From: Candidatus Omnitrophota bacterium
Lineage (GTDB): Bacteria; Omnitrophota; Gorgyraeia; Zapsychrales; Fredricksoniimonadaceae
DNA: 64,000 nt
NCBI GenBank assembly: GCA_903944345.1
Contig: CAJARJ010000002.1
Location: 65,969-129,968 of the forward strand
Direction of reading: 5' to 3'
In this document: piece by piece, positions 9,353-19,861 of the stretch
How the letters are laid out: each line of letters opens with the position of its first letter
How positions within the stretch are numbered: position 1 is the stretch's first letter
Program-made: the position numbers and the translations under genes
The notes under the pieces: generated by a model
The model's input: only the letters and a program-made list of their open reading frames with translations
Database searches by the model: none
What the model was told of the DNA's origin: nothing

Positions 9353-9608
9353 ATTTTTGACGAGCGTCTTTACCCGACAAAAAACTGTTCAAAAAGCATC
9401 TTTACTGCTAAATAATAGAACAAATAAACAGCTTTGTCAAGTCCATTGCCTTTGCCGGCAAATTATTCTAAAGAAAATCAAGAAACTGATTTACACGAAC
9501 ACCTGGATCATAAAACATTGCAATATAAATACTTTCACGCGAAGACTTCCAGACATCTTTCCGTCCCATTACTAAAATACATACGGCCTTTTTTATCCCG
9601 AATTGCGC

Positions 9609-9887
9609 TTATGCGGACGAGCAGCCACCAGACTCTTTCATCGGACAAGACGAACAAGAAGTAGAAACCGGGGCCGGTTTTTTATCAGAATCAGGCACAG
9701 TCTTCTTTTTGTAGTCTGTTTCGTAAAAACCCGATCCTTTGAAAATAACTCCGCTGCCGCTGCCAATCAGTCGCGCCAGGCGCGGAGCTTTGCACTCGGG
9801 GCACACGCTCAGCTTGGGTTCGGTGATAGACTGCAAAGCCTCAAAAACATGGCCGCAGGCTGAACATTCATACTCATACGTAGGCAT
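9609..9887 (-). CDS. FmdB-family zinc-ribbon regulatory protein
   Basis: Starts MPTYEYECSACGHVFE with a second CPEC pair, the classic FmdB/CxxC zinc-ribbon signature. Sits directly downstream of dnaJ. Confidence 0.7.
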   Translation of the reverse strand: MPTYEYECSACGHVFEALQSITEPKLSVCPECKAPRLARLIGSGSGVIFKGSGFYETDYKKKTVPDSDKKPAPVSTSCSSCPMKESGGCSSA

Positions 9888-9953
9888 TGCTTGCTCCTTG
9901 TATCCGGCTATCCTGCTTCGAAAGAAACATCCCTTCTTCCTGATCGCAACCGG

Positions 9954-11084
9954 TCATTTGAAAATTTTTTTCATCTTGTCTTTAATCCCTGTGGTGGCAG
10001 CCCCAGCCTCTTCACCACTGACGCGCGCAAACTCTTCCAATAACCGCCTTTGCTCGGCATTCAGCTTCTGGGGAACGGCTATCATAACCCGTACATAAAG
10101 ATCACCAAAGACACCCTCCGAACGCAGATCAGGCATGCCTTTCTCGCGCACCCGAAAAAGCTTGCCGCTGGCTGTGCCGGGAGGAATTTTCATGGACACC
10201 TGCCCGGTCACCGTGGGAACCGTAACTTCGCCTCCCAAAGCCGCCTTGACAAAACTTACCGGCAAATCCATTTCCAGATCCCGTCCATTACGACGGAAAG
10301 TATCATGCTCCCTGATGCGTATCGAAAGATACAAATCTCCGGCCCCGCCGGGGCCAACTTCCCCCTCGTTGCGCACCCGCATCTGGGAATCGGTGTCCAG
10401 ACCCTTGGGGAAATTGACCTCGATCTCGCGCACATGCTTGACCGCGCCGCGTCCCTGGCAGCGGGGACAAATCTCCTTGATCATGCGGCCTTCTCCATGA
10501 CAGGCCGGACAGGTCTGGGCCATACGGAAAAATCCGCTGTTCATCATGACCTGTCCGCGGCCGCCGCAATGACGGCATTCCTCGACCGCGGTTCCATTCT
10601 TGGCTCCGGTGCCCTTACATTCCTGACAAACTTCATTGCGCGGCACCTTGATGGTCTTCTTGACCCCGGTATACGCCTCAACCAGTGTCAGGTCAATCTC
10701 ATACTGGATATCCCTGCCGCGAGCCGCCGAACGGCGCTGCCGGCCTCCGCCTCCGCCCCCTCCGAAAAACTGGCCCAAAATATCATCCAGACCGCCCTCA
10801 CCAAAAACACTGGAGAAATCCGCTCCGCGAAAAATGTCATCCGATGTATAATTCTGGTCAATACCGGAATGACCATACTGGTCGTAGGTCTGGCGTTTCT
10901 GCGGGTCAGAAAGCACTCCGTAAGCTTCGGAAATTTCCTTGAACTTTTCTTCGGCTTGTTTCTTCTCGGCTTCCTCAACCCGGTCGGGATGATAACGCAT
11001 CGCCAGCTGCCGGTAAGTACGTTTGATCTCGGCGGCATCGGCGCCTTTTTTAAGCCCAAGTATTTCGTAGTAGTCTTTTTTCAT
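9954..11084 (-). CDS. dnaJ: molecular chaperone DnaJ
   Basis: J-domain (MRYHPDRV), G/F-rich linker and four CxxCxGxG zinc-finger repeats. Confidence 0.95.
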   Translation of the reverse strand: MKKDYYEILGLKKGADAAEIKRTYRQLAMRYHPDRVEEAEKKQAEEKFKEISEAYGVLSDPQKRQTYDQYGHSGIDQNYTSDDIFRGADFSSVFGEGGLDDILGQFFGGGGGGGRQRRSAARGRDIQYEIDLTLVEAYTGVKKTIKVPRNEVCQECKGTGAKNGTAVEECRHCGGRGQVMMNSGFFRMAQTCPACHGEGRMIKEICPRCQGRGAVKHVREIEVNFPKGLDTDSQMRVRNEGEVGPGGAGDLYLSIRIREHDTFRRNGRDLEMDLPVSFVKAALGGEVTVPTVTGQVSMKIPPGTASGKLFRVREKGMPDLRSEGVFGDLYVRVMIAVPQKLNAEQRRLLEEFARVSGEEAGAATTGIKDKMKKIFK

Positions 11085-11147
11085 AATAATAACACCGGGG
11101 ACGGAAGGCCCTTTGCTGCCCCCGTCCGTCGCCCGGTGTTCATCCTT

Positions 11148-13055
11148 TTATTTTTCTTTATCGTCGTTGACCTTGAAGTCCGCGTCGATCACATCATCTT
11201 TCTTGCCGGAAGACCTCTCCTCGCCGGACGACTTGCCGTCGGACATGGTTTCCGCCTGCGCGCCGGAGTCTTCTGCTCCGGGCTGCTGGGCTGCGGAAGC
11301 CTTGTACATTTCCTCGGCGAGCTTATGGCTGACCTTGGTAAGTGCCTCCATGGACGATTTGATCCGGTCGGCAGCCTTGTCGGTCACCGCCTGTTTGAGC
11401 GACTCCAGTTCCTTGAGAATACTTTCCCGCTCGGACTGGGGGACTTTCTCGCCGTAATCCTTGAGGCCTTTCTCGGTGGAATACACCAGGGCATTGGCCT
11501 GGTTGACCAGCTCGGCGGATTCCTTGTTCTTTTTATCTTCCTCAGCGTACTTTTCAGCCTCCTTGACCATCTTCTGGATTTCTTCCTCGGAAAGCTTCTT
11601 CGGCGAAGTAATCCGGATAGACTGCTCCTTGCCGGTGGCCTTGTCCTTGGCATGTACATGCACAATACCATTAACGTCGATATCGAATGTCACCTCGATC
11701 TGAGGGACCCCGCGCGGAGCCGGAGGAATGCCAATCAGGTCAAAACGTCCTAACTCGACGTTATCATTGGCCATCTGCCGTTCGCCCTGCAGGACACGGA
11801 TCGTGACCGCCGGCTGATTGTCCTCGGCCGTCGAGAACACATTGCTCTTCTTGGTCGGGATCGTGGTGTTACGCTCGATCATCTTGGTCATGATTCCGCC
11901 CATGGTCTCGATCCCCAGAGTCAGGGGAGTGACATCGAGCAACAGCACGTCCTTGACATCGCCACGAATGATGCCCGCCTGAACGGCCGCACCCAAAGCC
12001 ACGCATTCCATCGGATCAATGCCGCGCTCGATCTTCTGCCCAACTTCTTTCTCGACGAAATTCTGCACAATCGGCATGCGGGTCGGACCGCCAACCATGA
12101 TAATCTTGTCAACCTTCACATCTTCACCCAGTTTCGAACTGGCATCCTTGACCGCCTGGCGAATCGGCCCGCGACAGCGATCAACAATCGGTCCAACCAG
12201 ACTCTCCAGTTTGGCACGATCCAATGTCAGCGTCAGGTGCTTGGGTCCAGTAGAATCCGCCGTGATAAACGGCAGGTTAATCTCGGTCTGTACCGTGCTG
12301 GAAAGCTCGACTTTGGCTTTTTCCGCGGCCTCGCGCAGGCGATGAAACGCCATCTTGTCCTGCGAGAGATCCATCCCGTTTTCTTTCTTGAACTCGCCGA
12401 CAATATACGCAATCAGGGCATTGTCCATGTCAGTTCCACCCAGAAGATTGTCACCACTTGTCGAAAGAACCTCGAAAGTTCCGTTCTCACCCATCTCCAG
12501 AATGGTTACGTCCAGCGTTCCTCCGCCCAGATCGAACACCATAATCTTCTGTTCCTTGCCAGCCTTATCAACACCATAAGCCAGACAAGCCGCTGTCGGC
12601 TCATTAATAATACGCATAACCTTGAGGCCAGCAATCTCACCAGCGTCCTTGGTAGCCTGACGCTGATTATCATTAAAATAAGCCGGAACAGTAATGACCG
12701 CCCCCTCCACCACATCACCCAGATATTTCTCGGAATCGGCCTTGATCTTCTGCAAAATAAAAGCTGAAATCTGCTGCGGCGTAAACTCCTTGCCCGTGAC
12801 GGCAAACTTGTGATCCGTCCCCATCTTGCGCTTGGCAGCGTAAATGGTGCCCTGTGAATTCATAGCCGCCTGCCGACGTGCCGGCTCACCCACCAGCCGC
12901 TCACCGTCCTTGGTGAACGCCACGAATGACGGAAACGCCTTGCCTGAGGAAACACCCGCACCCTCCGCCGAAGGAATAATTACCGGACGGCCGCCTTCCA
13001 TGACCGCTGCCGCGGAATTTGATGTCCCCAAATCGATTCCAATATACTTACCCAT
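11148..13055 (-). CDS. dnaK: molecular chaperone DnaK (Hsp70)
   Basis: [22 protein letters not shown] and other Hsp70 signatures; 635 aa. Confidence 0.97.
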   Translation of the reverse strand: MGKYIGIDLGTSNSAAAVMEGGRPVIIPSAEGAGVSSGKAFPSFVAFTKDGERLVGEPARRQAAMNSQGTIYAAKRKMGTDHKFAVTGKEFTPQQISAFILQKIKADSEKYLGDVVEGAVITVPAYFNDNQRQATKDAGEIAGLKVMRIINEPTAACLAYGVDKAGKEQKIMVFDLGGGTLDVTILEMGENGTFEVLSTSGDNLLGGTDMDNALIAYIVGEFKKENGMDLSQDKMAFHRLREAAEKAKVELSSTVQTEINLPFITADSTGPKHLTLTLDRAKLESLVGPIVDRCRGPIRQAVKDASSKLGEDVKVDKIIMVGGPTRMPIVQNFVEKEVGQKIERGIDPMECVALGAAVQAGIIRGDVKDVLLLDVTPLTLGIETMGGIMTKMIERNTTIPTKKSNVFSTAEDNQPAVTIRVLQGERQMANDNVELGRFDLIGIPPAPRGVPQIEVTFDIDVNGIVHVHAKDKATGKEQSIRITSPKKLSEEEIQKMVKEAEKYAEEDKKNKESAELVNQANALVYSTEKGLKDYGEKVPQSERESILKELESLKQAVTDKAADRIKSSMEALTKVSHKLAEEMYKASAAQQPGAEDSGAQAETMSDGKSSGEERSSGKKDDVIDADFKVNDDKEK

Positions 13056-13094
13056 ATCACTACCTCCCCGTTAATAAACGCAATATTTTCCCCG

Positions 13095-13640
13095 TCAGGC
13101 ACTCTCCGCCGGAAGGCGGGACACCTTGACCTTGGCCGTGCGAACAACCCTGTCGCCCAGTTTGTAGCCTTTTTGAAAGACCTCCAGAATCTGCCCGTCC
13201 TCATGCTCGCTGGAATCCACCGCCAGAAGCACTTCGTGGCAATGATGATCAAACTTGCGGCCAAGCGCTTCGACCTCGCTGACATCATATTTTTTCAACA
13301 ATTCCTGCATTCGCTTGTAGACCATCTCGACACCCTTGAGTAAAACTGCACTCTCTGCCGGATTGCTGCGTGCCGCCGCAACCGTACGTTCGAAATCCTC
13401 GTAAAAGCCCAGAACCTCAACGATAACTTCCTCGTGCGCGTAACGAATCAGCTCGGTACGCTCCCTCTCCACGCGTTTGCGCATATTTTCAAACTCAGCC
13501 AGAATGCGTACATTGCGATCCTTGAGCGAGGCAACGTCCTGCCTGAGCATATCAAGTTCGCTGCCAGCTTCCTCAGAGGAGGGTTCCACACCTTCACCTT
13601 GTTCTGCCGCATTCATTTCCGGAACCTGATCCTTGTCCAT
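13095..13640 (-). CDS. grpE: nucleotide exchange factor GrpE
   Basis: GrpE-like coiled coil plus C-terminal domain. Start moved to the internal ATG (MDKDQ...) to avoid overlap with hrcA; the tracked ORF begins 60 nt further upstream. Confidence 0.88.
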   Translation of the reverse strand: MDKDQVPEMNAAEQGEGVEPSSEEAGSELDMLRQDVASLKDRNVRILAEFENMRKRVERERTELIRYAHEEVIVEVLGFYEDFERTVAAARSNPAESAVLLKGVEMVYKRMQELLKKYDVSEVEALGRKFDHHCHEVLLAVDSSEHEDGQILEVFQKGYKLGDRVVRTAKVKVSRLPAESA

Positions 13641-13666
13641 AATAATCTCTTTCTCCACAAACCGGA

Positions 13667-14398
13667 TTAGACCGTTTCTTTTATCGTCTCGGCCACACAT
13701 TCCAGAACCGATACCACGCGCTCATAATCCATACGAGCCGGTCCAAGAACCGCAATATGTCCGCTGGGGCCGCGACGTGTCTGGAACTTGGCCACCGCCA
13801 TAGCACAATCGTCAAAAGCGGAACAGGCGGTCTCTCTTCCTATATATATGCTGATCTTCTGATCCAGATTCCGGCGAATAACCTCCAGCACCCGCTCTTT
13901 TTCCTCAAGAATCTGCAGAATTTCCGCCATCTTCTGCAATCCCCGCGTGCCGACCGCACTGGCCAGATAATTTGTTCCGCGCATGGAATACGCTCCGCCG
14001 ACTCCGTCTATCGTGACAATGCTCGCGCAATGAGTCAAATCCGCCATCACACGCGAGGTTTTCTCGATAAGCACCTGCAGTTCACGTACACCTTCATTAT
14101 ATTCTCTCTGAATACGAATCCGCTCCTCTTCCAGCAAACAGATCTCTTTCATCAAATAATCAACAAAATAACGGTAACCCCGCAAAGTAGGCATTCGTCC
14201 TGCGGAAGTGTGCGGATGCGTCAGATAGCCCTCTTCTTCAAGTTCAGCCAGGATATTACGAATCGTGGCTGAACTAACCTCCTGCTCATACCCCTCGGCA
14301 ATAAACGCCGAACTGACCGGTTCAAGCGTCTGCACATACTGATGCACAACCATGCTCAGAACAATGTCTTTTCTTTGCCTGGGATCCACTCTAACCAT
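13667..14398 (-). CDS. hrcA: heat-inducible transcription repressor HrcA
   Basis: 243 aa with an N-terminal wHTH, located at the head of the grpE-dnaK-dnaJ operon; typical HrcA length. Confidence 0.85.
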   Translation of the reverse strand: MVRVDPRQRKDIVLSMVVHQYVQTLEPVSSAFIAEGYEQEVSSATIRNILAELEEEGYLTHPHTSAGRMPTLRGYRYFVDYLMKEICLLEEERIRIQREYNEGVRELQVLIEKTSRVMADLTHCASIVTIDGVGGAYSMRGTNYLASAVGTRGLQKMAEILQILEEKERVLEVIRRNLDQKISIYIGRETACSAFDDCAMAVAKFQTRRGPSGHIAVLGPARMDYERVVSVLECVAETIKETV

Positions 14399-14452
14399 AA
14401 GGCCTGTCTCCGTAAGGACAAGATTTACCCATAACTGCGTATTTTTGCTATT

Positions 14453-14479
14453 TTAGCACTCTTGGCGCATGTTTGCCAG
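14453..14479. promoter_or_regulatory. degenerate CIRCE-like element upstream of hrcA
   Basis: Perfect left arm TTAGCACTC and a 9-nt spacer, but the right arm gtttgccag matches GAGTGCTAA at only 4 of 9 positions. Confidence 0.2.
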
Positions 14480-14556
14480 CCCGGCATTATAAGAAAAAGC
14501 ATCCCGAATGTCAAATACACTAATAATAGCCGTTTACGTACCTCACTTTACAATAC

Positions 14557-16695
14557 TTAAAGTATCACAGAGATGCTTAAACCTGCTTCTGCGACATCAA
14601 CACCTATAGTCTGCCCGTCCGTAAATTCGCCTTCCAAAAGCTTCGTGGCAATCGGATCCTGAACCTTGCGCTGGATCAGTCTTTTGAGCGGCCGCGCCCC
14701 GAAATGCGGATCATACCCTTGCTGCGCCAAAAAATCACGGGCCGCAGGAGTAACCCTCAGAACTATCTTGCGCCCGCTCAGACGAGAGATCAGCTGACGC
14801 AGCTGAATATCGACAATCGCAACCATATCTGTCTGACGCAGGCGCTCAAACACAACAATCTCGTCAATCCGGTTAAGAAATTCCGGACGGAACACCTGCT
14901 GCATGGCCTCGCGTACCTTAGCCTCGATTCCGGCACGGGAGCCTTCTTCCAGCGTATAATCAGTTCCTACATTCGAGGTCATAATCACAATCGTATTACA
15001 GAAATTGACCACCCGACCCTGCCCGTCGGTCAGCCGCCCGTCATCCAGCAGCTGCAGCAAAAGATTAAACACATCCGGATGAGCCTTCTCTATCTCGTCG
15101 AACAGAAGAACACTGTAGGGCTTGCGCCGAACCGCCTCGGTCAGCTGTCCGCCTTCGTCGTAACCCACATACCCCGGAGGAGCCCCGATCAGACGCGCCA
15201 CCGCATGCTTCTCCATATACTCGCTCATATCAATCCGGGTCATGGCCCCCTCGTCGTCAAAAAGAAATTCCGCCAGGGCCTTGGCGAGTTCCGTTTTTCC
15301 CACACCGGTTGGCCCGACAAAGATGAACGAACCTACCGGACGATGCGGATCACTCAGCCCCGCGCGGGAACGGCGCACACAACTACCCACCAAAGACAAA
15401 GCTTCATCCTGACCCACCACCCGGCGCCGAAGATTTTCTTCAATCCGCACCAGCTTCTGAGCCTCCCCTTCCATCAGCCGTTCCAGCGGAATGCGGGTCC
15501 ATTTGGAGATCACCGCAGCTACGTCGGAGTCCTCCACTTCTTCTTTCAGAAGCGGCTGCCCCTGCTGCACCTCTTGCAACTGGCGATTCTTTTCCTGCAA
15601 ATTCTTTTCCAGCTCGACCAGACGACCATAGCGGATCTCGGCCGCACGGCCAAGATTCCCTTCACGTTCGGCCCGCGCCCCTTCGAGCCTCAGTTCCTCT
15701 TCACGTTTCTTGATACTGCGAATATCTTCTATAAACACCTTCTCCTGCTTCCAGCGCGTGCGTAAAAACTCGCTCTCCTTGCCCAGCTGTTGAAGCTGAA
15801 GCTCCAGCTTTTCCAGACGTTCCCGCGAAGCCTGGTCCTTTTCTTTCTTGAGTGCTTGTCTTTCAATTTCCAGCTGACGAATACGCCGCTCATTCTGGTC
15901 AAGCACCTGAGGCATACTGTCAATCTCGATCCTCAGCCGGGACGCCGCCTCATCAATCAGGTCAATAGCCTTGTCCGGAAGAAAACGATCACTGATATAA
16001 CGCTCGGACATGACCGCGGCCGCTACCAGCGCATTGTCACGAATCCGAACGCCATGATGAATCTCGTAGCGTTCCTTAAGGCCGCGCAGAATGGCAATGG
16101 TATCCTCCACCGACGGCTCGCTGACCACCACCGGCTGGAAGCGCCTTTCGAGCGCGGCATCTTTTTCGATATACTGACGATATTCATCAAGCGTCGTAGC
16201 CCCGATGCAGCGCAGAGATCCGCGGGCCAGCGCCGGCTTGAGCATATTGGAAGCATCCATGGACCCTTCCGCCCGCCCGGTGCCGACGATGGTGTGCAAT
16301 TCATCAATAAAAAGGATCACCTCGCCGTCGCGCTCTTCAACCTCCTTGAGCACGGCGCGCAGCCTTTCCTCGAACTCGCCGCGAAACTTGGCTCCGGCCA
16401 CCAGAGCCCCCATATCCAGAACTATCACCTTGCGGTTCTTAAGGCTTTCGGGCACATCCGCCGACTGCACCCGCTGGGCGAGCCCTTCGACAATAGCGGT
16501 TTTCCCCACACCCGGGTCTCCGATCAGGACCGGATTGTTCTTTGTCCGACGCGCCAGAACCTGGATCACGCGGCGAATCTCCTCATCGCGCCCGATAACA
16601 GGATCCAATTTTCCCCGCGCGGCCAGCGCGGTCAAATCCCGTCCGTACTTCTCCAGCGCTTTCTGTGCTGTCTGTTCCGGTTCCTGTGAATACAC
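14557..16695 (-). CDS. clpB: ATP-dependent chaperone ClpB, N-domain-less form (712 aa)
   Basis: Two AAA+ modules (GDPGVGKT and GPTGVGKT Walker A motifs) and a long coiled-coil middle domain. The protein starts at the NBD1 boundary, so the ~150-aa N-domain is absent and there is no upstream coding room. Confidence 0.9.
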   Translation of the reverse strand: MYSQEPEQTAQKALEKYGRDLTALAARGKLDPVIGRDEEIRRVIQVLARRTKNNPVLIGDPGVGKTAIVEGLAQRVQSADVPESLKNRKVIVLDMGALVAGAKFRGEFEERLRAVLKEVEERDGEVILFIDELHTIVGTGRAEGSMDASNMLKPALARGSLRCIGATTLDEYRQYIEKDAALERRFQPVVVSEPSVEDTIAILRGLKERYEIHHGVRIRDNALVAAAVMSERYISDRFLPDKAIDLIDEAASRLRIEIDSMPQVLDQNERRIRQLEIERQALKKEKDQASRERLEKLELQLQQLGKESEFLRTRWKQEKVFIEDIRSIKKREEELRLEGARAEREGNLGRAAEIRYGRLVELEKNLQEKNRQLQEVQQGQPLLKEEVEDSDVAAVISKWTRIPLERLMEGEAQKLVRIEENLRRRVVGQDEALSLVGSCVRRSRAGLSDPHRPVGSFIFVGPTGVGKTELAKALAEFLFDDEGAMTRIDMSEYMEKHAVARLIGAPPGYVGYDEGGQLTEAVRRKPYSVLLFDEIEKAHPDVFNLLLQLLDDGRLTDGQGRVVNFCNTIVIMTSNVGTDYTLEEGSRAGIEAKVREAMQQVFRPEFLNRIDEIVVFERLRQTDMVAIVDIQLRQLISRLSGRKIVLRVTPAARDFLAQQGYDPHFGARPLKRLIQRKVQDPIATKLLEGEFTDGQTIGVDVAEAGLSISVIL

Positions 16696-16709
16696 CCTGC
16701 ACCCCCCTG

Positions 16710-17393
16710 TTACTTCACTTCAACTTTTCTGCTATCTGCCTTCTGATCGGCAGCAGGCTTTCTGGCCACCGTCACCGTCAAAACACCGTTCTCGTAAGCC
16801 GCCTGCACATTCTCCCCCGAGGCATCTTCCGGCAAAGCGATAGCCCGTGAAAAATACCCGAAACTTCTTTGCTGACGATAGAAACGCCCCTGGTTTTCTT
16901 CCTTACTCTCACCGGAACGTTCCCCCGATATAACCAGGACTCCGTTTTTGACCTCGACATTGATACTGGCCTTATCCATTCCGGGGATATCGAATGTCAG
17001 CACATATTCCTTCTCATTTTCCTTAATATCATAATCCGGATCAAAAGATCCGGTGTGCCCCGGCATCAACATGCCCGGATGAGAGCCCGTTCCCGGAAAA
17101 CCGCCCATCAAAGCCTGCATCCGGCGCTGAAGAATGTCCATCTGGGTAAAAGGATCCCAGGCATCATATCCCGCCAAAGAAGGGCCCGAAAGATTGGCCG
17201 TGCTGCGGGCAGTGACGGCCGCAGGAGCCGCCATCGCCCTGGCCTCTAATCCTGCCACCTGACGCCGAAGCTGAAGCACTTCTTTCCTGAGATCGTCCAC
17301 ATTTTCGCCCTTGCCCCACACCTTGACAGCGAGAACCAGAATAATAATTCCCAAAGCAATAAAACCGTAACCCGTTCTTCCTATCTTACCCAT
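16710..17393 (-). CDS. small heat shock protein (Hsp20/alpha-crystallin) with N-terminal transmembrane anchor
   Basis: C-terminal alpha-crystallin domain ([18 protein letters not shown]...GVLTVTV) preceded by a hydrophobic segment [17 protein letters not shown]. Confidence 0.8.
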   Translation of the reverse strand: MGKIGRTGYGFIALGIIILVLAVKVWGKGENVDDLRKEVLQLRRQVAGLEARAMAAPAAVTARSTANLSGPSLAGYDAWDPFTQMDILQRRMQALMGGFPGTGSHPGMLMPGHTGSFDPDYDIKENEKEYVLTFDIPGMDKASINVEVKNGVLVISGERSGESKEENQGRFYRQQRSFGYFSRAIALPEDASGENVQAAYENGVLTVTVARKPAADQKADSRKVEVK

Positions 17394-17495
17394 GATAAGC
17401 CTCCTCTGTTGTCTTCATCTGCCCGCATGAAAGAATCACACGAGAAAGAATATCCACCAGAAAAATATTACCCATAATCCATCACCTTCCACTTC

Positions 17496-17963
17496 TTATT
17501 TAACCTCAACCCGGATTTGCCGGGGCTTAGCATCTTCTTTCTTGGCGATCGTCAGCTCAAGAACTCCATTATGGAATTTTGCATTCACGCGTGCGGAATC
17601 AACGCTGGACGGCAGCGTGAAAGCCCGGTGAAAAACACCATAATAGCGTTCCGACCGGACAACCTCCGCTTCTTTCTGTTCATGCTCCTGTTTCTTTTCT
17701 CCACGAATGGAAAGCACGTTATTCTCGATAGTTACCTCAATGTCTTCTTTGACCAGACCCGGCAACTCGGCTCTGACGATCACATTATCCTTATGATCAA
17801 GCACTTCCACCGCCGGAGTCCAGTAGCCGGCCAAAAGAGAGGCATCCTGATCAGCCATACCTTGGCCAAGGTCAAAAAACCGGTTCAAATCTCTTTGGAA
17901 CTTGTCGAGTTCGTAAAAAGGGTTCTTCCAGCCTGCATTGGATTTTCTTGGAACAATCATCAT
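17496..17963 (-). CDS. small heat shock protein Hsp20
   Basis: 155 aa alpha-crystallin-domain protein (VIVRAELPGLVKEDIEVTIENNVLSIRGEK). Confidence 0.85.
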   Translation of the reverse strand: MMIVPRKSNAGWKNPFYELDKFQRDLNRFFDLGQGMADQDASLLAGYWTPAVEVLDHKDNVIVRAELPGLVKEDIEVTIENNVLSIRGEKKQEHEQKEAEVVRSERYYGVFHRAFTLPSSVDSARVNAKFHNGVLELTIAKKEDAKPRQIRVEVK

Positions 17964-18057
17964 AGTCCCCTCCTTGTGTTTTAGAAGTTTTTGGTTTTCT
18001 CAAGCGCTCGACCTGTCACTCTACCAGCCAGAGTGCTAATTACTGTCTAAAAAATTT

Positions 18058-18345
18058 TTAGCTTTCTCTCTGCGAAATTTTTAGAACCACTTTGACGCTG
18101 CTGATGCTCACCTGCTGATCTTCCATAAGATACCTTATATAATTCAGCGTACGAATCTGTTCCTGGGAGTAACATCTAGTCCTGACCCCGACTCTCCGGG
18201 GGCTGACCACACCCATCTCATCCAGCTTTCTCAAAGTCCATATCGGCATACCCACCAGATCACAAGCAACGCCGATTACAAACAACGGAGCTTGCGGATC
18301 AATCTGAAAATCAAAGTTTCCGATATTCTTGACGTTTTCTTTCAT
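18058..18345 (-). CDS. MerR-family transcriptional regulator, HspR-like
   Basis: 95 aa MerR-type HTH (LFVIGVACDLVGMPIWTLRKLDEMGVV). Sits directly upstream of, and is co-oriented with, the hsp20-hsp20-clpB genes. Confidence 0.65.
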   Translation of the reverse strand: MKENVKNIGNFDFQIDPQAPLFVIGVACDLVGMPIWTLRKLDEMGVVSPRRVGVRTRCYSQEQIRTLNYIRYLMEDQQVSISSVKVVLKISQRES

Positions 18346-18411
18346 AGCCGCGCATCCGAGTAAATTTATAATACAAAATCACCACTATGTCAAGAAAATA
18401 TTTCCATTATG

Positions 18412-18426
18412 GTTAGATAATCTAAC
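18412..18426. promoter_or_regulatory. perfect 7-1-7 palindrome GTTAGATAATCTAAC; candidate operator for the HspR-like regulator/hsp20-clpB unit
   Basis: Lies in the 95-bp gap between the hflX stop and the MerR-like start, about 70 bp upstream of that start. Confidence 0.35.
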
Positions 18427-18439
18427 TGACAAAGTTGTC

Positions 18440-19861
18440 CTACTCAACTGTCGCCCCACTCCCCGTTGCCACCGGAGAGAGTCGTCCGGCCAGATGCCGT
18501 GGTACATGCGCCTGCAAATGAATCCCCTCGGGTAAATATTCCTCCAGCACAACATCTCCCTGCGCGTAAGCCAGGCTGACCAGATCCATGCGTGTTGCAG
18601 GCAGAACAACATCAACCGTGACAATGAGGTCCGCCAGCTGCAACTCAACTTTTTCCAGCAACCCTTCCAGATTCATCCGCTCGGAAGCCGAAACCAGAAC
18701 AGTATTTCCGCTGCGGGCACGCAAAGCCTCGAGATCGGCCGGGTCATGCAGCAAATCAATCTTGTTAAACACCAGAACTGTCGGCTTGTCCAGACAGTCA
18801 AGCTGCCCAAGCACCTCGTCAACCGACAGCTTGAACTTGTGGTAATGAGGATTGCTGACATCAATCACATGCAGCAAAAGATCGGCGGATCGCACCTCTT
18901 CCAGCGTGGCCTTAAACGCCTCGATCAGCCGATGCGGCAAGGCGTGCATAAAACCGACGGTATCAGAAAAAACAACCTTCTGCCGATTGGGTAATAAACA
19001 CTGCCGGGCCACAGAATCCAGAGTTGTGAACAACCCGTTACGTGTCAGCTGATCCGCTCCGGTCAAGGCATTCAGCAAAGTCGACTTGCCCGCATTGGTA
19101 TAACCCACCAGAGATACCAGCGGAACATACCGCCCTTCCCGGCGTTTACGTTTGACCTCCCGAACCCGGGTCACATCCTGCAGTTCCTTGCGCAGGCGGT
19201 CAATCCGCTGTTCAATACGCCGCCGGTCCGACTCCAGCTTGGTTTCGCCGGGCCCCAAAGTGCCGATGCCGCCGCCCTGCCGGGAAAGCTGTTCGTAATT
19301 CCCGGCCAAACGGGGCAAGCGATATTCCAGCTGGGCCAGCTCGACCTGCAACTTCCCTTCCTGCGATTTCGCCCTCCGGGCAAAAATATCCAGAATAAGC
19401 GTCGTACGATCCAGCGTCTTGACCAGGAAAGCTTCCTCCAGATTCCGCTGATGATGCCCCTTAAGCTCCTCGCTAAAAACCACCATCTGTATGCTTTGAT
19501 CCCGTACCAGTCCGGAAATCTCTTCCACCTTGCCTTTATGAATAAGGGTCGCAGGCGTCGGCGGATCAGCCGGACAGTAAACAACAGTAACCGGATCTCC
19601 TCCACAAGCCCTGACCAGTTCCTGCATTTCACCGGCCATATCCGCAGCCGACCAGGCTGACCGGTCTTTAAAATCAATCACCGCAACCAGAACTTTTTCA
19701 ACCACAACTCCCCCCGATCCTTCCTGAGCCAAACTTTTTCTGAACGCCTTAACAACAATTACACCTCTGCCAGGCGTTGGGCAATGAATGCCGCGGTCTG
19801 TGCTGGCGACTGCCCACAAGGAATCCCGATATGTTCCAGCCGGGCCTCCCGGCGGAACCAC
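18440..19861 (-). CDS. hflX: GTPase HflX
   Basis: HflX N-domain plus G-domain (GYTNAGKSTLLNALT, DTVGF). The tracked start overlaps miaA by ~100 nt, so the true start is probably downstream. Confidence 0.85.
   Translation of the reverse strand: MVPPGGPAGTYRDSLWAVASTDRGIHCPTPGRGVIVVKAFRKSLAQEGSGGVVVEKVLVAVIDFKDRSAWSAADMAGEMQELVRACGGDPVTVVYCPADPPTPATLIHKGKVEEISGLVRDQSIQMVVFSEELKGHHQRNLEEAFLVKTLDRTTLILDIFARRAKSQEGKLQVELAQLEYRLPRLAGNYEQLSRQGGGIGTLGPGETKLESDRRRIEQRIDRLRKELQDVTRVREVKRKRREGRYVPLVSLVGYTNAGKSTLLNALTGADQLTRNGLFTTLDSVARQCLLPNRQKVVFSDTVGFMHALPHRLIEAFKATLEEVRSADLLLHVIDVSNPHYHKFKLSVDEVLGQLDCLDKPTVLVFNKIDLLHDPADLEALRARSGNTVLVSASERMNLEGLLEKVELQLADLIVTVDVVLPATRMDLVSLAYAQGDVVLEEYLPEGIHLQAHVPRHLAGRLSPVATGSGATVE

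Noticed and set aside
9206-9415. 69-aa ORF spanning the AT-rich leader (translation shows the internal repeat PQETIIGRQCPN / TQETIIGHQCPNI)
   Set aside because: The repeated peptide simply mirrors the 43-bp DNA direct repeats. There is no RBS, and it sits in a promoter-like region, so it was treated as non-coding regulatory DNA.
10050-11753. Long antisense ORFs opposite dnaJ/dnaK (567 aa), secA (36062-37567, 501 aa), the giant paralog 2 (43244-44902, 552 aa), clpB (14704-15765; 15790-16689), the DUF1015 gene (2026-2928) and ychF/ogt (39493-40896)
   Set aside because: Each lies entirely within a confidently identified conserved gene on the other strand. Their Arg/Gly/Pro-rich, low-complexity translations are typical of antisense frames in GC-rich DNA, and they carry no recognisable domains.
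18440-19861. 100-nt coding overlap between the hflX start and the miaA end
   Set aside because: This is probably a start-codon over-extension of hflX in the ORF track, since the conserved HflX N-domain begins well downstream. It is not a real overlapping-gene feature.
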